A DNA stretch of 64,000 nt from an uncultured Acidobacteriaceae bacterium (GTDB taxonomy: Bacteria; Acidobacteriota; Terriglobia; Terriglobales; Acidobacteriaceae): positions 719,228 through 783,227 of the forward strand of contig CAVPWH010000010.1 in assembly GCA_963709415.1 (NCBI GenBank), written 5' to 3'. Of this stretch, positions 50,901-62,000 are shown in pieces. The notes under the pieces are model-generated. The model was not told the origin of the DNA, did no database searches, and saw nothing but the letters and a program-made list of their open reading frames with translations. Position numbers and translations under genes: made by a program. The stretch's first letter is position 1, and every line of letters starts with the position of its first letter.

Positions 50901-51295
50901 GCAAAATGTTCCAGTTGTCTTCAGGCCAGGGGTGCAGAAAACAATCAACCTCAAGATCTAGAATGAATTGCGTGGTTGCTTTATAGTAATCATGAAAATT
51001 TGGTCAACAGGGTGGAAGATGCCCTGAAAAGCTGCGAGAGCGCTGCCACCTAACCGACCTTGCCCGGCGAAACCGATGCCTTAACGAGCTGCTTTAAGGG
51101 CGAAAGGGAAACGAAGATGACCTTGGACAGCTAACTGGCGATAGAGGCAAGACAGATATGCCGCGCTGTTTTACGCTCCAAGATTCTGCAATCCAATTGA
51201 AGAGAGTAGACAGATGAACAGCTCTAAGTCGATGCCAAACAATTTGATTCTTCGGATCGGGATGTGAAGGAGGAGGAGTTTCCGAGTCTCTCTGT

Positions 51296-51712
51296 TCATG
51301 GCAGGCGGGACGAGCGACGCACATTGGAGGTTTGGCGGTAGGCCCATACACCATAAGCGGTTCCTGACAGGATGACAATATAGAAAGGGATATGGATGAT
51401 TGTTGCGAGCAAGGTTAGACCAACGAGAGGCAACCAGGGCGCGCTCGATCGCCAAGCTGTCATGTGCGACCTTGTTTCGAGTACTTCCAGAACGAACAAG
51501 AATGTAAAGAAGGTCATGATTCCAATGCACACCGATCCCATATGGACTTGCCATGCCGGGAGTTTGACCATCCCCGGTCTCCATAACTCCATCAAGTCTG
51601 GAAATGTGTTCTCTACGGCAATGAAGGAACATACGGCGCCAAACACTCCGATGAGCAGGGTTGTAGGGGTGTGGCTATACTCGCGGCTTGGACGTTTCTT
51701 TGGTTTCCCCAT
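51296..51712 (-). CDS. Hypothetical membrane protein (about 4 TM segments)
   Basis: Hydrophobic ORF directly downstream of the TolC-family gene. Confidence 0.6.
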   Translation of the reverse strand: MGKPKKRPSREYSHTPTTLLIGVFGAVCSFIAVENTFPDLMELWRPGMVKLPAWQVHMGSVCIGIMTFFTFLFVLEVLETRSHMTAWRSSAPWLPLVGLTLLATIIHIPFYIVILSGTAYGVWAYRQTSNVRRSSRLP

Positions 51713-51717
51713 CTAAT

Positions 51718-53106
51718 TCACCGGAAGGCGTTCTGCTTGTCAGGGCGCATGAGGCTACTGGCCAGTTGGAACCGTACCTCCGCCAGCGACGTCTGGTATG
51801 CGTAGCGGGCAGTTGTATAGGCGATTTGCGCTTCGGTTTGCGCCAGTTGCGCCTGGGTCAGTTCCACGATTCCGCTGAGGCCGATCTTGTAGCGGGCCTC
51901 TGAAAGATCGAGGGCCATGTTCGACTGGTTCAGCATCTCCCGGGTCACGCCGATTCGCTGAAACGCGTTTTGCGCATTCAGCACCGCTGTGCGGACATCG
52001 CGCGCGATTTGATCGCGAAGATTGCGCACTTGTTCTCCCGCCGCATTCGCCCGCAGCTTTGCTTCCTGGGCGCGCGCGTTGAACAGAAATCCGTTGAAGA
52101 TGGGAATGTTGATGTTTGCGCCCGCGGCTCCGTACCAGGTGGATTGAATCTGGTCTGCGCGCACCGGCGTGCCGCCTGCCGCGGCCAGAGCCGAAACGGT
52201 CGGCATCCAGAGATCGCGCTCGGCGGTGCTGAACTGGCGGGCCGCGGTGTAACTCAAATTCAGTGCGGCGAGATCGGGACGCGATCCAAAGGCAGTTTGA
52301 AGCAAAGCCTCTGCGTCCTGGGGCGCGGGCTCAGGATTGTCCGTTGTCTCATCCACGAGCGTATATTGTTCGTTGCGCTCGGAACCCAACACGGTATTCA
52401 AGCTGGCCATGGCGTCGGCGGCGTTATTCTGAGCGTCCAGCAAAAGCAGTTTGGCCTGGGAGAGCTGAACGTCGGCAAAGCTCAGATCGAGATCCGATCG
52501 CAACTTTGCTTTGGCGAGAGCGCCGACCTGGTCCACGGTGGCCTGGCGTTGGTTTACCGTTTGCTCCGCCACATGCAGCACTGCCTGACTCGTCAGCGCC
52601 TGATAGAAGGCCTGGTCGACGGTCAGGGTGATGTCCTGTTCCGTGGCCCGCTCGTTTTCAATTTGCGCCTTCGCATTCGATTGCGCGATTTGCACCAGGT
52701 TGTGCGTGCGGCCGAAGTCGGTGATCAGTTGGCTTACCGTCAAGCCGCCGGCGGCGCGATTGTAGACAGACGGATTGTTCAGGAAACCGGCGGTGATGCG
52801 GCTGTTTTCGTGCGCGCCAACGGCTGTCAAGCTGCCTGCCGCAGTTGGCAACTCGACGCTGCGCACTTCGCGCGTCACTTGCGCCTGGGCTAGAGCGATA
52901 AGCCGCGCCACGCTGATGTTCGGGTTGTTCTGAATTGCGATCCGTTCGGCATCGGCGAGCGTGAGCTTCGCTCCCGGCGCAGCGGCAGGCGCCGGCACCT
53001 GCTGTGCGGATAGAGCTTGTTGGGCGCGAAGCAAGCCCAGGAACACGGTGAGCAGCAAGAGCGCGAATGCGGCAGGATTCAATCTTGTCCTCCTGAAATC
53101 GATCAT
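51718..53106 (-). CDS. TolC-family outer membrane efflux protein (true stop possibly near 51756)
   Basis: LTLADAERIAIQNNP, QLITDFGRT, RPDL, IPIFNG, ARYKIGLSGIVELTQAQ. Confidence 0.9.
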   Translation of the reverse strand: MIDFRRTRLNPAAFALLLLTVFLGLLRAQQALSAQQVPAPAAAPGAKLTLADAERIAIQNNPNISVARLIALAQAQVTREVRSVELPTAAGSLTAVGAHENSRITAGFLNNPSVYNRAAGGLTVSQLITDFGRTHNLVQIAQSNAKAQIENERATEQDITLTVDQAFYQALTSQAVLHVAEQTVNQRQATVDQVGALAKAKLRSDLDLSFADVQLSQAKLLLLDAQNNAADAMASLNTVLGSERNEQYTLVDETTDNPEPAPQDAEALLQTAFGSRPDLAALNLSYTAARQFSTAERDLWMPTVSALAAAGGTPVRADQIQSTWYGAAGANINIPIFNGFLFNARAQEAKLRANAAGEQVRNLRDQIARDVRTAVLNAQNAFQRIGVTREMLNQSNMALDLSEARYKIGLSGIVELTQAQLAQTEAQIAYTTARYAYQTSLAEVRFQLASSLMRPDKQNAFR

Positions 53107-53108
53107 GT

Positions 53109-56100
53109 CTATTCCTCCGCCTCTGCTGTTTTGGCTTCGTCCCGCCCATGGATGACCAGATACACGGCCGGAACCAGAAACACGGTGACAACGACGGAAA
53201 GCGCCAAACCGCCAATGATGGCGCGGGCCAGCGGCGCGTACTGTTCGCTGCCCGCCTCGAGGCCCAGCGCCATCGGAATCATTCCCAGCAGCGTGGCCAG
53301 CGAGGTCATGAGAATGGGGCGCAGGCGAACCTTGCACGACTCGACCACCGCGGCCTTCAACGCCTTGCCCTGATGGTGAAGAATGCCCGCGAACTCGACG
53401 ATCAGAATGCTGTTCGACACCACGATGCCGGCCATCATGATGACTCCCATCAGCGACATGATGTTGAGCGAACTTCCGGTCACGAGCAGAATCAGCGCGA
53501 CGCCGGCCAGCCCTGGTGGAATGGCCATGAGAATGATGAAGGGATCGATGAACGAGGCGAACTGGGCCATCAGGATGAGGTAGACCAGCAGGATGGCAAT
53601 GATCAGTCCGACGCCGAAGTCGTGGAACGCCTGGTTCATGCTCACCACCGCGCCGCGCACATCGATCACCGTGTTGCGGTCATGCTTTGTGTCGGCCAGC
53701 AGGCGGTCGATGCGCGCTCCGACACCCTGCAGCGCCTCGGTCTTTGTGGCCACATAGATGTCGATCACGCGGCGAATCTGGTTGTGGTCCACTTCAGTCG
53801 GCGTGTTGATCTGCTGAATATCGGCCACCGCGCCCAAGCGGCACGTAGCCTGCGGCATGGTCGCCGCCGAACATCTGGGCTGAAGCTGGAATCGGCCTGC
53901 CCTGCCTTCCTGCACGGACCGTAGCCGGCGGGCCGCACGCCGCGCAGCGGAATGTTCTTCACGTCCTCCATCGACATGTTGTTGATCCAGCTGTTGGCGT
54001 ATTGCACGGTGACCATGTAGTTGTTGCCGCTCTTCGGATCGATCCAGTAACTTGGCGCGACCATGCCGTCGGAGGTGAGCGCTGTGATCACGTCGTCCAC
54101 CACGTCTTTGGCGGAGAGGCCGATCAGGCTGGCGCGTTCGCGGTCGATGTTCAGCGCCAGGCCTGGGTAGTTGATGCTTTGCGGGATATAGACATTGCTC
54201 ACGTTGGGCATTGCCTGGATCTTCGCGGCAAGCTTGCGTGCGCCAGTGCAAAGGAGCTATCCATGTTCTGCGACTTGATCTGAATGTCGATGGGCGCGGG
54301 CAGGCCCTGGTTGATGACCGAATCCACCAGACCGCCGGCCTGGAAATAGGTGGAAAGCTCCGGCATCTCGCGCGAGAGCTTTCTCCTGCACGCGGCGCAT
54401 GTACTCGTAGCTGCCGATGCTGTGGTCTTCCTTCAGGCTGGTCTGCACAAAGGCAGTGTCCATCGAAGCGTTGGTTGTGTAGATCGCGGAAAGGTCCGGG
54501 ATAGACGCCGATGTTGGAGACGATCATGTCCGAGGTCTTTGGCGGCACCACGCTGCGGATGATGTCTTCGACCTTTGCGATGTAGTCGTTGCTCACTTCG
54601 AGCCGCGTGCCGCTGGGCATGCGCACGTCGATGATGAATTGGCCGGGGTCGGTGCGCGGAAAATAGGCGCGGCCAATAAAGGGAACGGCCGCCAAGAGCA
54701 GCAGCAACCACGCCGCCGAAGATTGTCAGCGCGGTGAAGCCGGGGCGCTCCATCGCCCGCATGGCAAGCCCCTCGTACCAGTTCAGCATGGCCTGGAACT
54801 TCTCGTTGAACTTGGTTTCGAAGCGCTTGAAGATGTTCTGCCGCGTCGACTGCGCGTACTCAGCTTCCTCATGCAGGCGGATGAATTTGGCGCAGAAGAG
54901 CGGCACCACCGTCATGGCGAAGAAGTACGACGCAAAGATTGAAAGCACGACTCCCAGCGCCATCGGCGTGAAGATGTACTTGCTCACGCCGGTGAAAAAG
55001 GTGACAGGGAAGAAGACGATGGAGGTGGTGAAGGTGGCGGCCAGCACCGCCATCGAAACTTCGGTTCCACCCTCCTCGGCCGCAACCGCGGGCGATTCGC
55101 CCATCTCCATGTGGCGGAAGATGTTTTCAAGCACGATGACGCCGTTGTCGATGAGCCGCGAGAAGACCAGCGCCAGCCCGCCCAGAATCATGGTGTTGAT
55201 GGAGCCGCCCATGTAGTTGGTGATCAGCAGGCAGACCACCATGGAGAGCGGAACGGAGAGCAGGACTGCGATCGTGGCGCGCGGGCTGCCCAGAAAGACC
55301 AGAATCATGACTCCGGTCAGCACCAGCCCGATGACCGCTTCCTTGCGAGACATTGGCGATGGCCAGTTTGACGAAGACCGACTGGTCGAAGACCACAGCG
55401 GTCTTGCAGCGATTCGCGGAATATCGACCAGGTTCTTGATCGCGGCCTTGATGCCGTTGACGATGGTGATGGTGTTGCTGTCGCCGCCCTGCTTGAAGAC
55501 CGGCACGTAGACCGAGCGCTGGCCGTCGATGCGCACGATGTTGTATTGCAGCGCGCCGGAGTCGATTGCCTTGCCGATGTCGCCCACCAGCACCGACGAG
55601 TTGCCCACCGACTTGAGCGGCATCTGGTTCATCGCGTTCGCATCGGGGAACTGGCTGTTGGCGTAGATGTTGAAGTCCTTCGAGCCGATGCGCACGTCGC
55701 CGGCGGGAAGAATCAGGTTCGAGCTGTTTACCGACGTCACCACGTCGTTCAGGCTCAGGTTGCGCGCCTCCATCTTCAGCGGATCGACGTAGATCTGAAT
55801 CTGGCGGTAGGTTCCTCCGTAAGGCTGCGGAACCGATGCGCCCTGCACGTTCGAAATCTGGTTGCGCACCTGGAACTGCGCCAGATCTTTGAGGTTGGTC
55901 TCGTTCAGTCCCTGGCCCTTCAGCGTGACCAGGCATACCGGCTGCGTGGAAGCGTCCATGCCCAGCACCACGGGAGGCAGCGTTCCCGGCGGCAGGCGGC
56001 GCAGGTCGGCCATGGCCAGGTTGGCGATGTTGCTCAATGCCGCGTTGGGATCGGTGCCCGGCTTGAAGTAGATCTTGATCAGGCTGACGCCGGTGAGCGA

Positions 56101-56343
56101 GCGCGACTCGCTGTGGTCGACATTGGCGCCCAGGGTGAAGAAGCGCTCGAAGGTATTGGTGATGTCGGCTTCGATCTGCTGCGGCGGCATGCCGTTGTAG
56201 AACGTGGCCACCACCACCACCGGCATGTCGATCTTGGGGAACAGATCCACCGGCATCTGCGCGATGTTGACCGCTCCGACGAGCGAGACCACCAGGCAAA
56301 GCATGAGGATGAAGAAGGGAAAGCGGAGAGCAAACTTCGGCAT
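53109..56343 (-). CDS. RND efflux permease (AcrB/CusA superfamily), multiple frameshifts
   Basis: MPVDLFPKID, LPPGTLPP, LIDNGVIVLENI, SRLRPILMT-like KVRLRPILMTSLATLLGMIPMAL, APLARAIIGGL. Confidence 0.92.
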
Positions 56344-57632
56344 TAGTGCGCGCCTCCGTCGCTCTGCTTCGGCCTTCATGTCGATCATGCCGCCCGTCTC
56401 CTGCACGGTTTCCGAAGCAGGCTCGGCGGTCAGCAGCGGGCTCACTTCTTCGTCCTCCTGATACTTATCCTGGCCGCCAATCACCACCCGGTCGCCGGGA
56501 TTGAGCCCGCTGGTGATCTCGGCCAGCTTCGATCCCTCGCAGACCGACCGTGACGTTGCGAATGTGAATGTGATTGCTCGACGTCGAGCACGTAGACCGT
56601 CTGCTGCTGCCCGTTCAGCACCAGCGCTTCGACGGGAATCGTCACTACGTTGGTCACGTGCGCCAGTTGCAGCAGCGTGTTGGCATACATGCCCGGCGCG
56701 ATGGAGAGATCCTTGTTCTCGACATCCACTTCCGTTTCCATGGTCCGGGTTTCGAAGTTCACATCGCGCGTAAAGCGCACGATCTTTCCCGTGAAGGACC
56801 GGCCGATCGCATCGACGCGCACCTGCAACTGGTCGCCGGCGTGGACGTACTGCACATCGTCCTCCGGCACCGGAATGCGCAGGCGGAGAAGATTGCTCTG
56901 CGAGAGGCGGACGATGGGAAGATCCTGGCTCGTTGGAGTTGGTGCCGCCCTGGATGAGCGCGCCGGTATCCGCATAGCGCCAGATGACGACGCCGTCCAG
57001 CGGCGCCGTCACGTTGGTGTAGTTCTGCAGCGCCTCCACGCGCTGATTGTCAGACTGCGCGGCGCCGGCGTGCTCCTGCGCCGCTGCCAGTCGCAGCTTT
57101 GGCCGCGTCGACCTGCGCCTCCGAGGACAGATCCTTGGCCTGCGCATCGTCCAGTTCCTGTTGCGCAATCAGTCCCGGCCGCCCTGCGGCTGCCTGTTTC
57201 AGCCGCTCGGAGGCTGCATGCAGAGCGGCGTGCGTGGCTTCGGCGCGATTGATCTCGTGCTGCGCCCGCGTGATCTCTTCCTTGCTCTGCTGCAACTGGA
57301 ACTCAGTCCGCTGCAGTTCGCGCCTTCAGCTCCGGGACTTCAAGTACCGCCAGCGTCTGGCCCTGGTGAACGATGTCGCCAATATCCACGTTGATGTGCG
57401 CCATGTATCCGCTCACCTTGGGGTGCACATCCACGACCTGATATGGCTGGAATTGGCCGGCCAGCGTCAGCACGTGCGAGATGTCGCCCCGCTGCGCGGT
57501 GGCGACCTTTGCGGATGGAGTCGTTGCAGCCAACGCTTCTGTTCTGCCATTCGCGTTGTGACAAGCGACAAGGCTGACCATGACCGGCAACGCCAGGCCC
57601 ATGACGAGGAACAAGGAGGCTCGCTTTGGCAT
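56343..57632 (-). CDS. RND periplasmic adaptor (MFP) lipoprotein, frameshifted
   Basis: Lipobox LVAC; PKVSGY...VDIGDIVHQGQ, APLDGVV, TRTMETEVD, PGMYAN; TAATG coupling to the permease. Confidence 0.9.
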
Positions 57633-57763
57633 GCTTGAATACACCTCTGACTAAAGAAAATTTTGTGACTGCAAGGTCTGAGATTCCGCGACATCGCAGC
57701 CGATGGAGAATGTGACACGCATCAGCCGGCCGAACCGGATTTGCCAGGATTAACGCGGGAGGA

Positions 57764-58165
57764 CTACGAGGCGAGGAGAGGCGGGGGGCGAACGAAGAAT
57801 GTATTCAACAGGCCGCGACGAAGAAGCCACGAATGACTTGCGCGCCGTTCCCTTTGACCCGATGTTTGCGGGTTCAACGCGCAGAAGGCGAGAAACAAAA
57901 TCATGACGGCGGAAGCAGGATCGGTGTAGTCGACCCTGGTGGAGGTCCTGGTTCGAAGTACCGGTTGCCTTTCCGTCGTTCCAGATTGCTCGTTCCTAGA
58001 CAGAAGTTTGGCGTGCGGGAACTGACGAGAGGCGGCCTGAGGCGGATCGAAAAGCGACAGTTTGTATTGCAAGCCCCAAGTGAAGACGCAGACAGCCAAC
58101 CCCAGAAACACGAGGATTCCAAAGCGTCTAAACAGCCAACTTTTGCCAAAATGATGCACAGTCAC
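57764..58165 (-). CDS. Membrane-anchored upstream ORF ending FFVRPPPLLAS; candidate translation-arrest leader
   Basis: N-terminal TM segment ILVFLGLAVCVFTWGLQYKLSLF, HAKLLS, a second hydrophobic stretch, and RPPP at 57779-57790; co-oriented about 130 nt upstream of the MFP gene; start uncertain (58165 or 58255). Confidence 0.7.
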   Translation of the reverse strand: MTVHHFGKSWLFRRFGILVFLGLAVCVFTWGLQYKLSLFDPPQAASRQFPHAKLLSRNEQSGTTERQPVLRTRTSTRVDYTDPASAVMILFLAFCALNPQTSGQRERRASHSWLLRRGLLNTFFVRPPPLLAS

Positions 58166-58604
58166 CCGATCCAGCTTGCGGTCGAAAGAAAGGAACCGTC
58201 CCCAGGTTCCGAGGGGATGCGGAGCGGCATCCGCCCTCAGATTCTGAGATTGCACATTAGCACAAAGGGTTGCTCTGCCACTTGTCCTTTCACAGCCGCA
58301 TCCGGATCGGGATGGAGTTTCCGGGTATCGCTTCGAACAGTAAGTCAGACATTCTTTGGAGCTTATGCGGATTGCGAGCAGGGGAAGGATTGATTCTGTT
58401 GCGTGACTCGCTCGGCCTTCAACTGAAGCACGCCCGGTTTTTTTGTGCGATCTTGTGGCAAAAACAGGGCAAAAGCGGGTAAAAAGTGGGGTTCTCTCTT
58501 TTTTAATAACGGGTTGGTTTTGTATGTTGCTGCAAAGTCATGCCCTGAAAAGAAACAAGAATGCACGTTCGACAAAGCAAGGCGTTGTGGTGGAGTTCTA
58601 CGGA

Positions 58605-58912
58605 CTCCCACCCATCGAGCAAAAGACGCTCGATGGATGGGGCACCCGAAGTTTCATCCCTTCGTGGGTCGGTAACACCGGTGGGGAACTGAAAAGAAAC
58701 GGCAAGGGAGATGGGGAGGCCCGATGGCAGGCGGTTGGGATTTTGGGTCTCCCACCCATCGAGCAAAAGACGCTCGATGGATGGGGCACCCGAAGTTTCA
58801 TCCCCTCGGGGGCCGGCGAAGCCGGTGGACGACTGACACGAAGCATTGGGTGCGGGAGTTCATGCTGTCCCACCCATTCGCCCAAGAAAAAGGCGACTGG
58901 ATGGGGCACGGG
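58605..58912. repeat. Cluster of three REP-like palindromes
   Basis: Identical 56-nt copies at 58605-58660 and 58749-58804 (CCATCGAGC...GCTCGATGG stem, then ATGGGGCACCCG); variant copy at 58868-58912. Confidence 0.88.
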
Positions 58913-58957
58913 CTTTCTCGATGGGGGAGACGGGGGCAGTGCGGATCGTTGATCTTC

Positions 58958-58998
58958 TGGCGGGCGGTGCAGGATTCGAAGCTGCGACTTCCACCGTG
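58958..58998 (-). pseudogene. Degenerate 3' half of a tRNA-Val-like gene (possible att site remnant)
   Basis: Minus strand CAC GGTGG AAGTC GCAGC TTCGAAT CCTGC ACCGCCC G CCA matches anticodon 3' arm, variable loop, T arm, acceptor strand and CCA; no 5' half is present. Confidence 0.7.
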
Positions 58999-59052
58999 GG
59001 CGGGTCAAGCAATTTTAGCGTTGCTTGGCTCATGCCCCTCCCAGACCGAGAG

Positions 59053-62000
59053 CTATTGCCTTTCCGCGACGGTCCAGGTAGCGTTCTTCTTTGAAAACCA
59101 GGAACCGCTCTTCTTTGAAAAGGTGAACTGAATATTGTGGGTCGAAGCCTGCTTTTTGCCACCAACGACGATCGTTGTTGTCTCAGTACAACTCCACTTG
59201 GCAGTATTCCCGGAGATCTTAAGAGCAGAGGGAGAGCAGTCGTCCGACACCTTCGCGTTGGGCTGATCCTTGAAAAAGCCTTCCAAGGCATTCGCTTGCT
59301 GGGAACTGATTCCGCCCCACGTCGCTCGAACGCGCGCGATATCGTGCGCGTTCCAGGCGCTTTCAAAATTGTTGAGAGCCTGCTGTACCAGGGCAGGCTC
59401 ATCGTTTGGCCCATAAAGGGTTGGAGCGGGCGATTGAGATTTCTCGGCCTTTGATTCGACGACGACGCTGACCGATCGTTGCTGTGTTTCGCCGGCGCCC
59501 TTTGCCGTGAGCACGTAGGTTGTGCTGGACTGGGGGCGAACGGTGGTCTGCCCGGAGTTACCAACGCGGGCAATTCCGTTGTCGATGGAAACCTCGGTTG
59601 CGTTGGCGGTCTGCCACTGGAGGGTGATCGCCTGCCCCTGGCCCACTTGGGAGGCAGTCGCGGAAAAGGAGAGGATCTGAACCTTCTGTGGCTTTGGCGC
59701 CACGGCTGGGGTTGACGGAGCTGGAATATGGGTCAACGGGGCCGCTATATTGCTCTTCTCCCCTGCTTTGATATTGAAGCTCTGTTCATAGGCTTGATAG
59801 CCGTCGAGGCCAATGTCAAGCAAATGCGCACCCGGCTTCATCTGGACGATGACATTGCCCCTGGCGTTCACTTTCTGTTGTGGACCGTGGTCGATACTCA
59901 CCGTGGCTCCCGGTGTAGACCGTACGGTCAAAAAGCCAACGGTCTCCCCCGCCGGGGCGCCCGAGTTGGATGAGGTCATCGAGAATTCCATGGTCGCCTG
60001 GCTATTGGCGACGATGGTGACGGATGTAGGGGGAACATCGGTAAATCCAATTTTTACCAATCGGATGGAATGTGTTCCCGGATCCAGCGGGAGCTTCAGA
60101 CTACCGTCACTTTGGGTAAATCCCATGAGTAAATCGTCAACGAAGATTTCGGCATCATCGACGTTTCCCTTAACCAGCAGGACGCCGGTGAGAGGAGGAG
60201 GTGGGAGGTTGGTTTGCAGCTTTGTAGCCAGTTCAACCTGCTCGGCCTGTTTGACAGACTGAAAGTGGAACCAGATTGCGATAGCCGCCACCACCACCAG
60301 GAGAGCTGCGCCAGCCATAAGGGGAATGAGGAGCTTTTGCTTGAGCGGTGTGGGGGCGGATTGGTTTTCGGAAGAGCTCGCCGCCGTGTCAAAGGCGATG
60401 GCAGTTGCGGTGTTTCCTGTCTTTCGTGTTTTGGGCTTTGCTGCTTCATTGCCGAGCCGGCGCCAGTCGGCTTGCTGCGCCGCGCCCGCAAATTCGACCC
60501 ATTCCGCAACAGTCCGAAGCTGCTGAAGTGCGGCCTCGGAATCGTTGGCCAGGAGTGCTGCGCGGGCGGTTTCGATGGACTTGGCGATAGTCTCATTCGC
60601 TAGCTGGACACGCCTGGACTCGATCTCCGAGATGGCGTGCGCGACTTCAGCGGATTCTCCCCACGCGCTCTGCACTCCCTGCAATGACTCAATCGTGGCG
60701 TGGAAAGCGCCAAGGTCGCGGGCTTGGGACGCGGCTGCGAGAGCGCTCGCAGTCATCTGCTTCCGGGTCTGTTCGGCGCGAATTTCGGAAAGCAAGGCAT
60801 TGAGCGGGGTGCCGGATATGGAGGCGGCAGGCATGCCTTGAATCAGATCGATCGCTTCGTCGAGTTGGCCGCGCTCGCGGAGCCTGGAAATCCGCGCGAG
60901 TACAGCTTCCGCTTTTCGTTCGGCCTCCTGGCGCAGGGACCTTGACTCCGCGAGAAGTCTTTCGAGACTTGGGTCCGGAGTTTCAGCGAGCGCGGGCTCG
61001 AGCACGCGGATGGCCTGGTCGAACTGCTCTTGCTTCATCAGCGATTGAGCCTGGCTGACGCTGGCTGCGATGCGCGCGCGACGCTGTTGCTCGCCCAGGC
61101 CTTTCCGCGCAAATTCAAGAAGTTCGCTCACGCCCACAGAATCGGCAAACTCAAGCTGATACGATTCCAGGACTTCAATCGCCTTGTCGAACTGCCCGCT
61201 GATCGATCGCCTGCTGGGACTCGCGGAGATATCGTCCGCGAACTTCTTCCATCTCCGCAGCTTTGAGCCGCTGCCGCAGTGAGTGTTCCAGAGCCAGCAG
61301 GCGCTCCTCGCCCGGCAGCTCCTGCAGCGCCTTCTGCACAATCAGCAATGCTTCGCCGGGAGAATTGTTGAAATGCTTCCTGGGCCGCCGTGGCCGTGGT
61401 GTCAATCAACTGACGTACGCGAAACTCCCGTGACAGCAGCGGCGACACGGGATCTTGAGCTGAAGCAGCGACGATTCGGTGGGCAGCTGCTCCACCGCCC
61501 GCTCCACCAGCTCAGTGGCGCGATCATAGTCCTCGGCAGTCGAGACAATTTTCAATCTCCGCCTGAATCTGTTCGATGAGCTTGCGCCGGCGCTCCTGTT
61601 CCTGACCTCTGACCGCGGTCTGCATCAAGCTCTCCAATTCCGGCAAGGATGGGTCGATCTTGCCAACCTCGCGCAGAATCTCGATCGCAGCCGTAAAATG
61701 GCGTGAAGAGACCTCCTGGCGGGCCTTGCCGATCAGTTCGCGGATCTGGTCCTGCTGGGCTGCCAGCTTCGCTTGCCGCGCGATTTCGGCGTAGGCGGCG
61801 CGAACCGTGGTGATTTTCGCGATCGAGTTGGCAGCGCCTTCTCCGCCACGTTCAGCGCGCCGGTCCAGTCGCCCCGCTTCGCGCAGCGAATCGGCCTGCG
61901 ACATGAGGGTGCCGATTTCGTCGTCGCGGCGCTTCATTTCCTTGAGCATTCTCCAGCCGGGATTTCAGTCGGCGTTTTCGGGATCGAGTTTGATCGCCTG

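Noticed and set aside
54433-57168. Apparent MFP-RND fusion ORF (911 aa)
   Set aside because: Artefact of indels; a TAATG stop/start junction at 56341-56345 separates the two genes.
58605-58912. Possible CRISPR array
   Set aside because: Only two identical 56-nt units with an 88-nt gap that is itself partly duplicated; no cas genes; the pattern fits REP elements.
58443-58952. 169-aa ORF with repeated GLPPIEQKTLDGWGTRSFIPS
   Set aside because: It is simply the translation of the REP duplication, whose period is a multiple of 3; there is no other coding evidence.
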